This document shows, piece after piece, positions 1-14,100 of a stretch of DNA of 64,000 bases (positions are counted from its first letter, which is position 1; every line of letters begins with the position of its first letter). Under the pieces are notes generated by a model that was given only the letters and a program-made list of their open reading frames with translations, had not been told where the DNA came from and made no database searches. Origin of the DNA: Macrostomum lignano (taxonomy: Eukaryota). The translations under genes were made by a program, and so were the position numbers. Location of the stretch: positions 1 to 64,000 of the forward strand of contig NIVC01002836.1 in assembly GCA_002269645.1 (NCBI GenBank), given 5' to 3'.

Positions 1-224
1 GAAGGCTACAGACTAAGATACAGAAGGCTACAGACTGAGATACAGAGGATACAACTGAAACTTCTTTCAGGTATTCAGGCGAAATATTGTTGACCATTTT
101 TAGACATGCGTGGTGACTCGAGTCTAGACCTTACAGAACTCTTACACTGTTAGATCATTAACATTAAATGAGATGCACTAAAATAAAATGCCCTATATTT
201 AATTTCATAAGATTAAAACTCAGC

Positions 225-3200
225 ATGCAGCAGCAGCAGTCTGCAGATGCTCCATCTGCTTTCACTGCCCTGACTGTACAGCAGCCGCCGCCGCTGGAGC
301 CGCACCAGCGCGACGCTCTGGACTCGCCGGGCTCCTCAATTTCGTCGTCGTTGCAGCGCGAATACGACAGCCTGCTGTCCTACGCTGTGCCGCATTTCGG
401 CATCCAGCTCGACCAGCAGCAGCAGCAGGAGCAACAGCAGCAGGAGGCCTCCGCCGATACCGCCGCTGCCAACTCAATCTCAAGCACGAGCGGCGATGCA
501 AACAGCTGCGAATGAATGGCACCGAAGCGGAGCAAACTGTTGAACAAGACGACCCAGCTGAGGAAACTGACGACGCGAAGAGGACGTTTCGTTACACCGT
601 CGCAGAGAAGCGCCGTTGTCGATGAGGACGAAGCTGACGGCGAAGGATTCGATCCCACTAAAACTCAGCTGATTGACGGCTTGGGCAATACTGGCGCGCC
701 ACTGATGGAGTCGCTCAAAGCGGCTGGCGAGCATCGGGCGCTTGTCGACTGCGGAATGGACGGTGAGAAATCCTCTGGGTGTGAATGACGAGAGATTGAG
801 CAAGGACTGAAATACGGGGATTACAGACAATGTACAGATTACAGACTGAGATACAGAAGGTTACAGCTGAGATACTGAAGTTAAGGCTGAGATACTGAAG
901 TTAAGGCTGAGATACAAGTTACAGAATGAGATACAGGAGATTACAGGCTTATATTCATTGCTTACAGGCTAAGATTCGGGTTACGGTGAGATACAGAAGG
1001 TTACAGGCTAGGATACAGAGGGTTTACAGGCTGAGATACAAAAGGTTACAGGCTGGGATACAGAGGGTTTACAGGCTGAGATACAGAACTTTTACAGGCT
1101 GGGATACAGAAGGTTACAGGCTTAGATACAGAAGTTTACAGGCTGGGATACAGAAGGTTACAGGCTGAGATACAGAACTTTACAGGCTGAGATACAGAAG
1201 GTTACAGGCTGAGATACAGAACTTTACAGGCTGGGATACAGAGGGTTTACAGGCTGAGATACAGAACTTTTACAGGCTGGGATACAGAAGGTTACAGGCT
1301 TAGATACAGAAGTTTACAGGCTGGGATACAGAAGTTACAGGCTTAGATACAGAAGTTTACAGGCTGGGATACAGAAGGTTACAGGCTGAGATACAGAACT
1401 TTACAGGCTGGGATACAGAAGGTTACAGGCTGAGATACAGAACTTTACAGGCTGGGATACAGAAGGTTACAGGCTGAGATACAGAACTTACAGGCTGGGA
1501 TACAGAAGATTACAGGCTGAGATACAGAAGTTTACAGGCTGGGATACAGAAGGTTACAGGCTGAGATACAGAACTTTACAGGCTGAGATACAGAAGTTTA
1601 CAGGCTGGGATACAGAAGGTTACAGGCTGAGATACAAAAGGTTACAGGCTGGGATACAGAGGTTTACAGGCTGAGATACAGAACTTTACAGGCTGGGATA
1701 CAGAAGGTTACAGGCTGAGATACAGAACTTTACAGGCTGGGATACAGAAGGTTACAGGCTGAGATACAGAAGTTTACAGGCTGGGATACAGAAGGTTACA
1801 GGCTGAGATACAGAACTTTAAAGGCTGAGATACAGAAGTTTACAGGCTGGGATACAGAAGGTTACAGGCTGAGATACAGAAGTTTACAGGCTGGGATACA
1901 GAAGGTTACAGGCTGAGATACAGAAGTTTACAGGCTGGGATACAGAGGGTTTACAGGCTGAGATACAGAACTTTACAGGCTGGAATACAGAAGGTTACAG
2001 GCTGAGATACAAAAGGTTACAGGCTGGGATACAGAGGGTTTACAGGCTGAGATACAGAACTTTACAGGCTGGGATACAGAAGGTTACAGGCTGAGATACA
2101 GAACTTTACAGGCTGGGATACAGAACTTTACAGGCTGGGATACAGAAGGTTACAGGCTGAGATACAGAACTTTACAGGCTGAGATACAGAACTTTACAGG
2201 CTGGGATACAGAAGGTTACAGGCTGAGATACAGAACTTTACAGGCTGGGATACAGAAGGTTACAGGCTGAGATACAGAACTTTACAGGCTGGGATACAGA
2301 AGGTTACAGGCTGAGATACAGAAGTTTACAGACTTTCAGCTGGCTTTCTCAGCGTTAATTGCACCTCTATCGCCTCCATCTTTAAAAGCTGCGTCTTCAA
2401 GCCAGCCTCAGCAGCAACAGCAGCCGCCCCCGCCGCCGCCCCCGCTGACGCAGTCGCAGCAGATTGATCAGGTTTTTAGCCGGCGCCCGGAGTTCGAGCA
2501 GGACCTCGGCAGCCTGCTGCACGCCAGCGACGCTGACTATCGTCTGTCTCAGACCCTCGGCCGCTGGTGCGAAGATCTCAGCCGGCGAATGATTGAGGCG
2601 AATCATCGGGTGAAACTCGACCTACGAGATCGAGCGGAACGGCTAGTCAGGTGGATTACATTATTCATAATTTCATAAAGGTCAACTGAGGTCAAGTGTA
2701 GGGGTTGTATGCCTCACAGTGTGTTAGAGGTCATCTGAGGTCAAGTGTAGGCGTTGTATGCCTCACAGTGTGTTAGAGGTCATCTGAGGTCAAGTGTAGG
2801 GGTTGTATGCCTCACAGTGTGTTAGAGGTCATCTGAGGTCAAGTTTATATTTTAGATTATAAGTCGCGATTTAAGTGTAAAAAATAGAGTTTGCAATAAT
2901 GCAAAGGACTGCACACTAACCATGCGTTACCCCAGGGAGGAGAAGGCCCGCCTGCTAGTCGATATGCGCCACTTGCGCGACGAAAAACGACCGTCTGCGC
3001 GAGTCTGTAGCGCGCATCGGCGCCGCCCTGACAGCCAAAGAGGCCGAGCTTGACGGCGCCAGGCAGCGCCTGCTAGGCGCGCACGAACGAATCAGGGCGG
3101 CGCGCAGTTTTGCCGACTGGCGCGCCAGATTAGAGGCGGCTAGAAGGGAGTCGGCGCAGGAGCGGGCTGGCCGAGCAGCATTATAAGAGGGCGCTGGCCC

Positions 3201-5912
3201 GCCGGGCTCTGGCCGCCTGGAAGGGCCGACTGGAGACAACTTGGCGCCAGCTGGTTGAGCGCGGCTGCCAGGAGAAAGCGATGCGCGTCTGCGAGGAGCT
3301 GGGCGCCGAGTGCGAGGACAAGCTGCAGCGGCTTCAGGTGGAGGCTTCTTTTAGTATCACTCTGTGCTCAGGATTTCCGCCCCTCTGGAATCCCGTCAAT
3401 ACCGTTTCCGCCCTTGGAACTCAGCCCCTCCACATATCCGCCCCTTGGAACTCAGCCCCTCCACATATCCGCCCCTTGGAACTCAGCCCCTCCACATATC
3501 CGCCCCTTGGAACTCAGCCCCTCCACATATCCGCCCCTTGGAACTCAGCCCCTCCACATATCCGCCCTTGGAACTCAGCCCCTCCACATATCCGCCCCTT
3601 GGAACTCAGCCCCTCCACATATCCGCCCCTTGGAACTCAGCCCCTCCACATATCCGCCCCTTGGAACTCAGCCCCTCCACATATCCGCCCCTTGGAACTC
3701 AGCCCCTCCACATATCCGCCCCTTCAAACTCAGCCCCTCCACATATCCGCCCCTTCAAACTCAGCCCCTCCACATTTCCGCCCCTTACAACTCAGCCCCC
3801 CTCCACATTTCCGCCCCTTAGAATTCATCCCCCCTCCCACATTTCTACCCTTCGAACTCACCCCCACCCGCATTTCCGCCCCTTGGAACTCGGCTTGCAT
3901 CCCTGCAAACACCTCCCCCTCCCGCAGGCCGAGCTCGAGGCGGCCAGATCGGAGCTCCGGTTGGAACGGGCCGAGCGCGAACGAGCCGAAGCCTCGATGC
4001 GCGAAGCGCTGATGCGCGGCGTAAGTGCGCTTAATTTAGAGGCGATGCGCGTATTCGGCGGCACCGGAGTCGGCCCGGAGGATCCAGCTGCCGCCGCAGT
4101 CAATGGTAACCATGGCAACGATTCGGTCGCTGACGAGGAGGCGGACGATTCGAAGCCGATGGCGCGTTCGCCGCGCCCTTCGTCGCGCGGTCGACTGCCG
4201 GCTCAACCACCGATGCAGGTCGCGACGGCGCCGCCAGGGGGGACGGCAGCGCGGCGTCAGCAGCAGCACCAGTCACCTGTCAGGTAAGGCTGTGCGGGTC
4301 GACTGATTTCTGCTGGTTATTGCATTCCTTGCGTTCATTCATGATTTTACCACTGATCACAATGCAAGTTGTGTTTTTCTATAGAAATTTTAATAAAAAG
4401 CCGACGTTCTTCGACATTTATCCCACAATCTCCGGCAATCTTCCAAAATTCTCCGACATTCTCTGCAATCTTCTGAAATTCTCCGACATTCTCTGGCCAT
4501 CTTCTGAAATTCTCCGACATTCTCTGCAATCTTCTGAAATTCTCCGACATTCTCTGGCAATCTTCTGAAATTCTCCGACATTCTCTGGCAATCTTCTGAA
4601 ATTCTCCGACATTCTCTGGCCATCTTCTGAAATTCTCCGACATTCTCTGGCAATCTTCTGAAATTCTCCGACATTCTCTGGCCATCTTCTGAAATTCTCC
4701 GACATTCTCTGGCAATCTTCCGAAATTCTCCGACATTCTCTGGCAATCTTCTGAAATTCTCCGACATTCTCTGAAAATCTTCCGAAATTATCCGACATTC
4801 TCTGGAAATCTTCCGAAATTCTCCGACATTCTCTGGAAATCTTCCGAAATTCTCCGACATTCTCTGGCCATCTTCCGAAATTCTCCGACATTCTCTGGCC
4901 ATCTTCTGAAATTCTCCGACATTCTCTGCAATCTTCTGAAATTCTCCGACATTCTCTGCAATCTTCTGAAATTCTCCGACATTCTCTGGCAATCTTCTGA
5001 AATTCTCCGACATTCTCTGGCAATCTTCTGAAATTCTCCGACATTCTCTGGCAATCTTCTGAAATTCTCCGACATTCTCTGGAAATCTTCCGAAATTATC
5101 CGACATTCTCTGGAAATCTTCCGAAATTCTCCGACATTCTCTGGCAATCTTCTGAAATTCTCCGACATTCTCTGGAAATCTTCCGAAATTATCCGACATT
5201 CTCTGGAAATCTTCCGAAATTCTCCGACATTCTCTGGAAATCTTCCGAAATTCTCCGACATTCTCTGGCCATCTTCCGAAATTCTCCGAAATTCTCCGAC
5301 ATTTATCACAATCTCTGGGCCAGCAATCTTCCAACATTCTCCGACATTTACGAGTATCCCAAAATCTCCGGCAATCTTCCGACATTCTCAAACAACCATC
5401 CGACATGATCCGACATTCTCTGGCAATCTTTCGACATTCTCCAACAATCATCCGACATGATTCAAAATTCTCCAACATTCATCCGACATTCTCTGGCAAT
5501 ATTTCGACATTCTCAACCGGTTGAGAAATCCTCCCTAATCAAGTCCCATCGTTTATCCCGCGAACGGGCACACATTCGCAGATCCCAGTCAGGCCGCATT
5601 CCACAGCAGCAGCAGCAGCGGCAGCGCGCCCCACTGTTGGTCCAGTCCGATTTGCCCGGCGGCGGCATGTCAGCTGCGGCTCAGCAGTCGCAGCGGCAGG
5701 CCACCAGCGTGCGGGTTGAGCGGCACGCGAGGCCGGCGACCTCGGGGGCGTCGCCGGCGCCAGCCTGCCAAATTTCTGCAGTCCGTCGTCGGCATCAGCG
5801 GCGCCGATTGTCGGTAGGCAGAATTCGACACAGAAGCAACAGCAGCAGCCGCAGAATTATCGCGCTACTACGGCCCCAACGGCCGTTGGTTACGGCGGCC
5901 GCATGCCCTTGA
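225..5912 (+). CDS. POC5: Centrosomal protein POC5-like, 5 exons, with several frame disruptions (degraded copy or consensus errors)
   Basis: Exons about 225-762, 2389-2650, 2936-3337, 3928-4283 and 5582-5912 (alternative-frame stop at 5983), all GT-AG. Motifs match remembered POC5: SPGSSISSSLQREYDSLLSYA (N-terminus), LAEQHYKRALARRALAAWK, EASMREALMRGVSALNLEAMRVF, SVRVERH. There is an in-frame TGA at 513-515 and extra bases in homopolymers at about 2983-2987 and 3164-3166. Confidence 0.85.
830..2332. repeat. 22-bp minisatellite (ACAGAAGGTTACAGGCTGAGAT alternating with ACAGAACTTTACAGGCTGGGAT), POC5 intron 1; same family at 1-55
   Basis: Direct reading; dimeric higher-order alternation. Confidence 0.97.
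2679..2845. repeat. 49-bp tandem repeat x3, POC5 intron 2
   Basis: GAGGTCAAGTGTAGGGGTTGTATGCCTCACAGTGTGTTAGAGGTCATCT repeated. Confidence 0.95.
3405..3890. repeat. 31-bp C-rich minisatellite, POC5 intron 3
   Basis: ATCCGCCCCTTGGAACTCAGCCCCTCCACAT repeated, with degenerate edges. Confidence 0.97.
4405..5515. repeat. 30/31-bp minisatellite, POC5 intron 4
   Basis: ATTCTCCGACATTCTCTGGCAATCTTCTGAA repeated. Confidence 0.97.
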
Positions 5913-7644
5913 CAACCGTTGGCGTCGGTGGCAACGGCCGATTTGCGGCAACCGGCGATCAGCAAATCAGGTTTATTGATTGAAGACCGTCCATTTCCAT
6001 TTTTTATGAATCCACTGTGTCAGTTGACGTTTGTTTTAACTGCATAGCAACGGAGTTTTGCTTACCTTTGATACGGTTGTGCGTATCGATTTGATCGTTT
6101 TTTTACTTTTTTATTTCGCTTCGTTCATTCCGTCCGTCCTGTTCTTATTAGTTTGTCCGTCCTAGTTCTAAATAGCAACAACCTGTGCTGTTTCTTTTAT
6201 CAATGTATTCAACTATCTGCGTCATTAAAGCTGGCCTGATGAAACAACTGTGTATTTTTAGTAGCCTCTGCGGGACATGCTAGCTAATTTTTCCATGTAT
6301 TGATATTGCTTATAGCCGACTGAAATGTTAGTATTACTACTGACGGCAGTAGAGTGAAAAGGGTTTTTTATAAGACAACTAACTACTGGCTGTGCCGGCT
6401 GATCTGGTGCTAACTGCGTCTCCGCTTGCTGTGATTTACAAGTTCCATTAGCGCTAACCTGTTCTATCTAATGAAAATAGACTGGCTGGTTAAATTATAT
6501 TACCCGGAAAGCCTCTTAAATAAATACTTGCATTAATGAGCAGTGCTCTACAATTTATCAATCAGCGTTTCAATGGATTTTGTTATTTCAATGTGAATAA
6601 AGTTCAACTGGACACGTTTGCACTTATTTTAATTGAAAGGGACTCACAAACAGACTTACACAGGTAAAATTTGTGCCCTCTTATTGCCTGCGCAATCCAT
6701 CAGTAGATTTATTTTTATATGTAAAGAAACTGTACTCGTGGCCTAGCCAATCAATCATCTGCAGTTGGGGCTTCTACTAAAACAATGGGAGATAAGGGGG
6801 CAGCGCAGGTGCGAATCTGTAAATTACAGGTACACTTGATAACAAAGAAGCTGATTTCAACTTTATTTTAAGCAACAAAAATAGAGGCGCGTAATAAACA
6901 TTAGCGACTACTGACAGTAGCTTCTGCACGTGTATTGACAATCAAAACAACGCGTGTTTAGTAAGACTAGCGTTTAGTGCTTGCTCTGCATAAATAGCAA
7001 AACAGTATTTTGTTCTTCATAATTATCAATAGTTACACAAAATAGAAATTGAAAAACAGAATCGCAGATTGGCTAAAAAGGTCACACAGCGTGTTATAAC
7101 AGTGTATATTTAGATAGAAAAAGCCGAACAAGTAGTACAAACGAATATAACAACTTCAATAAATTTGTATTGCCAGGCGCGAACACGCTGGTTCTGTGCG
7201 AGCGTGTGGAGCGTAGAGAAAATAAAGACAGTATAAGCGTTATAGCCCACTGTACATTGCGATTGAGATGGCCTATGTACAGCTGTGCCGGACATCTGGG
7301 ACATATTTACATATTACTATTAGTAGACGACTGTTAATAGTGATAATAAATTAATAATTAATGTGCCCTCCAACAAAAGGGATATGTGGGCTAATATTGC
7401 ACAGTTTATGACTAATAAAATAAAACAGCAACTGCTTGTGTAAAACAAAACTGAGAGAGACAGAGATAATCAGAGGCCAGACAGACGGGTTGGCCATGAC
7501 TAGAAACATGAGGCGAATGCGGTATTAAAAAGCAAAATTAGAATATATATATGGCGCTAAGCTTTTGTTCACTATCGCCTAGCAACAAGACACAGAGCCT
7601 TTGGCTTCGCACTACTCGAGGGTCAGGTCAGACAGACCGAAGCC

Positions 7645-8120
7645 CTGACCCACTAGAGTCAGTCATCAAACCCGCACACCTTGACCATCTAGAGTCAGTC
7701 ATCAGACCCGCACACCTTGACCCACTAGAGTCAGTCATCAGACCGGAACACCTTGACCCACTAGAGTCAGTCATCAGACCGGAACATCTTGACCGACTAG
7801 AGTCAGTCATCAGACCGGAACACCTTGACCCACTAGAGTCAGTCATCAGACCGGAACACCTTGACCGACTAGAGTCAGTCATCAGACCCGCACACCTTGA
7901 CCGACTAGAGTCAGTCATCAGACCCGCACACCTTGACCGACTAGAGTCAGTCATCAGACCCGCACACCTTGACCCACTAGAGTCAGTCATCAGACCGGAA
8001 CACCTTGACCGACTAGAGTCAGTCATCAGACCGGAACACCTTGACCGACTAGAGTCAGTCATCAGACCGGAACACCTTGACCCACTAGAGTCAGTCATCA
8101 GACCGGAACACCTTGACCCA
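7645..8120. repeat. 36-bp minisatellite between the convergent POC5 and GRK2 3' ends
   Basis: CTAGAGTCAGTCATCAGACCGGAACACCTTGACC(C/G)A, about 13 copies. Confidence 0.97.
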
Positions 8121-8364
8121 ACCAGAGAATGTAGTCTCAGTAACAACTAAGCCACAAAAGCCATTGAAAGCCGAAAACAGCCAGTGAGTGGACGGGCTCC
8201 CATTTTACAAGTTCACACGCAAGGGACAGAGAGCACAGCTGATAAGCAATACACAGATTAAACTAGGAGCCGTACGCGCTCGTATTAAAAACTAGCGGGG
8301 CGCAAAAGACCAGCCATAGAAAGTCGAAATCTACATGTTGCATAATAATGATGAGGCCAAGAGT

Positions 8365-11119
8365 TCAGCTAAAACTGCCCCGGTTGCTCCTGGCGTCGCT
8401 GACGCTGTCGAAGCTGCCCTGATTCACGTGGCCGTGGGCGGCGTCGCTTCCGGAACAGCCGGCGCCGCTGCCGCAGGAATTGGCCGAATCGGCGCCGTAC
8501 CAGCGGTGCACTTTGGGCTTCATGCGGGACATGATGGCGTTGCTGGCCTCGAATGCGGCCACGATTTCCTCTTTCCACTGGTTGATGAGGACTCGGTCCT
8601 GGGGCGGGGGGGGGCGGACGGCAAGAAGCTGGCGTACTGTTAAAGGCTTTGACGGTTCGGGGATATGAGATCTTGTTGAGAGCTTCTTTAATGAGAACCT
8701 AGGAGCAATAGGCTTGTAGGATCTGAGAACTTCCGTTGTAAGAACTAATGGGATCTGAGAATTTTGTGACTTTAGGATTTTACTCTATAATCTGAGGATC
8801 TGAGGATTTCATAATCTAAAGATCTGATGGTTTCATAATCTGAGGGTCTGAGGATTTCATAATCTGAGGATTTCATAATCTGAGGATCTGAGGATTTCAT
8901 AATCTGAGGATCTGAGGATTTCATAATCTGAGGGTCTGAGGATTTCATAATCTGAGGATCTGAGGATTTTATAATCTGAGGATTTTATAATCTGAGGATT
9001 TTATAATTTGAGGATTTCATAATCTGAGGATTTCATAATCTGAGGATTTCATATTCTGAGGAACTGAGGATTTCATAATCTGAGGATTTCATAATCTGAG
9101 GATCTGAGGATTTCATAATCTGAGGATCTGAGGATTTCATAATCTGAGGATTTCATAATCTGAGGATCTGAGGATTTCATAATCTGAGGATCTGAGGATT
9201 TCATAATCTGAGGGTCTGAGGATTTCATAATCTGAGGATCTGAGGATTTCATAATCTGAGGATCTGAGGATTTCATAATCTGAGGATCTGAGGATTTCAT
9301 AATCTGAGGATCTGAGGATTTCATAATCTGAGGATCTGAGGATTTCATAATCTGAGGATCTGAGGATTTCATAATCTAAAGATCTGATGGTTTCATAATC
9401 TGAGGATCTGAGGATTTCATAATCTGAGGATTTTATAATCTGAGGATCTGAGGATTTCATAATCTGAGGGTCTGAGGATTTCATAATCTGAGGATCTGAG
9501 GATTTTATAATCTGAGGATTTTATAATCTGAGGATTTTATAATTTGAGGATTTCATAATCTGAGGATTTCATAATCTGAGGATTTCATATTCTGAGGAAC
9601 TGAGGATTTCATAATCTGAGGATCTGAGGATTTCATAATCTGAGGATCTGAGGATTTCATAATCTGAGGATCTGAGGATTTCATAATCTGAGGATCTGAG
9701 GATTTCATAATCTGAGGATCTGAGGATTTCATAATCTGAGGATCTGAGGATTTCATAATCTGAGGATCTGAGGATTTCATAATCTGAGGATCTGAGGATT
9801 TCATAATCTGAGGATTTTATAATCTGAGGATCTGAGGATTTCATAATCTGAGGATTTTATAATCTGAGCATTTCATAATCTGAAGATTTCATAATCTGAG
9901 GATTTCATATTCTGAGGAACTGAGGATTTCATAATCTGAGGATCTGAGGATTTCATAATCTGAGGATCTGAGGATTTCATAATCTGAGGATCTGAGGATT
10001 TCATAATCTGAGGATTTTATAATCTGAGGATCTGAGGATTTCATAATCTGAGGATTTTATAATCTGAGCATTTCATAATCTGAAGATTTCATAATCTGAG
10101 GATCTGAGGATTTCATAATCTGAGGATCTGAGGATTTCATAATCTGAGGATCTGAGGATTTCATAATCTGAGGATCTGAGGATTTCATAATCTGAGGGTC
10201 TGAGGATTTCATAATCTGAAGATCTGAGGATGCTGGGATCTGAGGGTATCGGAATCTAAGGATATTGGGATCTGAGGACTTTATCATTTGAAGGTAAAGC
10301 CTAAAGGGATCTGAGGGTATCAATATCTGAGGACTCCGAAACCCTGAAAGCTAGGAAATTCGAGTTTTTCTAAATACTTATTTGTAGAATTGGGATTTCA
10401 ATATCTGAGCATTCCTACAGGCCCTGCTTGCGTTAATGCGATGAGCTTTAATGAATTTCCTGAAATTCGATACGAAGCAGCCGGGAGGGCGGAGCCTCAC
10501 GGAAGTCTGCTATAGGGGTAACTTGACGCTCAGTGCTGATTCAGAAGCAAATGACAGAAGCAAATCCAATCTAAACTGAAGCATTATAAAACAGCATGCC
10601 CTCAGGTCAAGGCTGCATTCTAAAAGCAACTTGTAGCTTAAAACTTTTGCGAGTGCCTAACAGTGTTCTCTATAATACGAGTATAACCTGCGAGAAACAG
10701 GCATCCTTTGGTGCTGGCTTAATAGTAGGAAGTCGACGGGAAGTTGCTAGGGAGAACTTGCGGATACACTAGGCGCTTAACTATTGCAGCAACCGGGAAA
10801 GAAGAGTCCGAGGAAGGATTAAGGAAATCTCCTCGTTTCCTAAGACTGAGCATGCTGACAAACTTGAATTTTTATAACGGACAAGAGAAAGTCTTATAAA
10901 AAAAACACCTTTTAAAAGCTGTTCACTTCAGCTGCTACGAAAGGGCACACAGTTTGTTCTTCTGCCCTGTCTGTCTTGGTGTCTGTTCGTATGTCTGTCT
11001 TGGTGTCTGTCTGTATGTCTGTCTTGGTGTCTGTCTGTATGTCTGTCTTGGTGTCTGTCTGTATGTCTGTCTTGGTGTCTGTCTTGGTGTCCGTATGTCT
11101 GTCTGTATGTCTGTCTTGG

Positions 11120-11191
<72 letters not shown>

Positions 11192-14100
11192 CGAACTTAC
11201 GTGAGAAGACAGGTAGACTTTCTGATCAGTCTTCAGGGTAATAACGATACAATTCTCGAATTTCTGCAGCCGCTGAAAGTCGGGCGACACGTCCCGGATG
11301 TCGAACATGCTGATGAGCTCGGCGCCCTTCTTCTGCACCAGGCCGTCCCGGGATTTGCCGTAGAATTCCAGCCTGTTGGGAAACAGGCGAAGGTGGCGCT
11401 TCTGCCAGGTCTGCAGGAAGGGGCCGCAGAGGCGCTGGATCTCGCCCTCCACAATGCAATCGGAGACCGTGATCAGCTGCTCAGAATCGGATTCGGACTT
11501 CTTGCTGCGCCGTTTCTGTTCAATTTTGTCAGTCTCCTGATTGACAACTTCGAATACTGTTTCGGCTATTTCTAGTTGCCAGCGCTCGGACACGACCAGG
11601 GAGAAGTTGCGGTACAGCTGCTGGTCCGCTTCGGTCAGCTTAATGCCTGCGGTGCCGCGGAGGTTGGGATTGACTCGAATAGCGGATACAGTGAGATTAG
11701 GGGATAACCGAGACAGTGGAGTGAGAGATTAGGGGATAACTGAGGCAGTGGAGTGACAGATTAGGGGATAACTGAGACAGTGGAATGACAGATTAGGGGA
11801 TAACTGAGGCAGTCGAGTGACAGATTAGGGGATAGCTGAGACAGTGGAGTGACAGATTAGGGGATAGCTGAGACAGCGGAGTGAGAGATTAGGGGATAAC
11901 TGAGGCAGTCGAGTGACAGATTAGGGGATAACTGAGGCAGTGGAGTGAGAGATTAGGGGATAGCTGAGACAGTGGAGTGAGAGATTAGGGGATAACTGAG
12001 GCAGTGGAGTGAGAGATTTGTGAATAACTAAGACAGTGGAGTGAGAGATTAGGGGATAACTGAGGCAGTGGAGTGACAGATAAGGGATAGATTCAAATAA
12101 AGATAAGCTGACAAATTGAAGCCAAGGAGCTGACTTAGAATTAGTTAAAAACTGACTCTAGCAGCGCTAAGCGCATTGGCCCAATGCCCAACATTGAGTT
12201 CGTACACAGTGCAGTCGATAGGCCAGTTTTTACACTGATTAATTTTTAATGCTCAAAGCAGCGCGATCGAGCAAATGGTTATTAATGAACTCAATAGTGC
12301 TAGACTTCTCTCTCCTCTCCCTACAGCCAAAGCAGTGTGACACGTTGCGCACTGAGACAGGCCATCTGTCTAAACGGCAATCGTAAAAGCTGCGCATAAT
12401 CCTTAATGGCGCAGAGCCCAATATTAAGTACAAGCCTCACTAATAACATGTAAAGCGAATGGGCCCAGATGCCGTCTCTACAATCTGCATAGGGAAACAG
12501 TTCTAACAGCATATGGCGCAAGCAGTAATATGTTAATTAATCATCCGCAGCGGAACAAGGCGCCCTAGCAACCACTGAGCTGGACCGTGAGTGCAGTATA
12601 TTGAGAAAAAATAAACCTGTTTTAACCGACCAGTGCAAAACTGTAAAACTACGAACTCGGCCCCGCGGATCCATTTATGCATGCATAAATCCTGCCATGC
12701 ACTTTGAATCCGGATTGCCGCCACACTTTGAATCCGGATTGCCCCACTTTGAATCCGGATTGCCCCACTTTGAATCCAGATTGCCTCACTTTGAATCCGG
12801 ATTGCCTCACTTTGAATCCGGATTGCCTCACTTTGAATCCGGATTGCCCCACTTTGAATCCGGATTGCCTCACTTTGAATCCGGACTGCCCCACTTTGAA
12901 TCCGGATTGCCCCACTTTGAATCCGGATTGTCCCACTTTGAATCCCGATTGTCTCACTTTGAATCCGGATTGCCTCGATCTCGATCCCCAGATTTGGATC
13001 CCAAGATTTGGATCCCAATTCCAGATCCCAAGATTTGGATCCCAATTCCAGATCCCAAGATTTGGATCCCAATTCCAGATCCCAAGATTTGGATCCCAAT
13101 TCCAGATCCCAAGATTTTGATCCCAATTCCAGATCCCAAGATTTGGATCTTAATTCCAGATCCCAAGATTTGGATCCCAATTCCAGATCCCAAGATTTGG
13201 ATCCCAATTCCAGATCCCAAGATTACTCCCAATTCTAGATCCCAAGATTTGGATCTTAATTCCAGATCCCAAGATTTGGATCCCAATTCCAGATCCCAAG
13301 ATTTGGATCCCAATTCCAGATCCCAAGATTACTCCCAATTCCAGATCCCAAGATTTGGATCTTAATTCCAGATCCCAAGATTTGGATCCCAAGATTTGGA
13401 TCTTAATTCCAGATCCCAAATTTGGATCCCAATTTCAGATCCCAAGATTTTGGTCTCAATTCCAGACACAAAATCCTATGAACGCGAATCACCTTTCGTG
13501 TCCTCCTCATCAAACGAGCCAATATCGAAGGCATCGTGGGCGTTGACCTCGCCCCTGGGCGGCACCAGCGGGGCCGGGTACTTCTGCAGATAGACCTGGT
13601 CCCAGTCAACGCCGGCAAAGAACGGATGCTCTTTAAGCTCAATAGAGCCACCGCCCCGACAACCAATTCGCTGGTCAACCTCGCGAGCGAGCAGGCCTTC
13701 TAATAGGTTTCGAATCTCAGGCGACATCGAATCGTTCAGATCCGGACTAACAGTCATCGTCATGCGATCGATCTCGTGCTTATCCTTGGTCTTGTGCTGC
13801 CTGAACGGGCTGTGACCTTTGAGCAGTTTGTACAGCATGCAGCCGTAGCTGAACCAATCGGCGGAGCTGTCATAGGCGGTGCCCTTCTGCAGCACCTCTG
13901 GCGCCATGTAGCCGTGGGTGCCAACGCTGGCGTGAGGCTTCTTGCGCGAATAGTCGCAGGCGAGGCCGAGGTCGCTGATGCGCACGTGGCCATTTTCGTC
14001 TAGCAGAATGTTGGCCGGCTGCGGAGTGGGCGGGGGGTCAGATGACCTCTGTGCACTATTTGATATACTAAGCAGATACTAATAACTGTGTATATTAATG

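Noticed and set aside
513-515. Selenocysteine or readthrough at the in-frame TGA of POC5
   Set aside because: Neighbouring frames look more protein-like, other indels exist in the gene and no SECIS was identified; frameshift damage is simpler.
10435-10545. C/D-box snoRNA-like motifs (CGATGA...CTGA)
   Set aside because: Opposite strand to the host gene, imperfect C box and no terminal stem.
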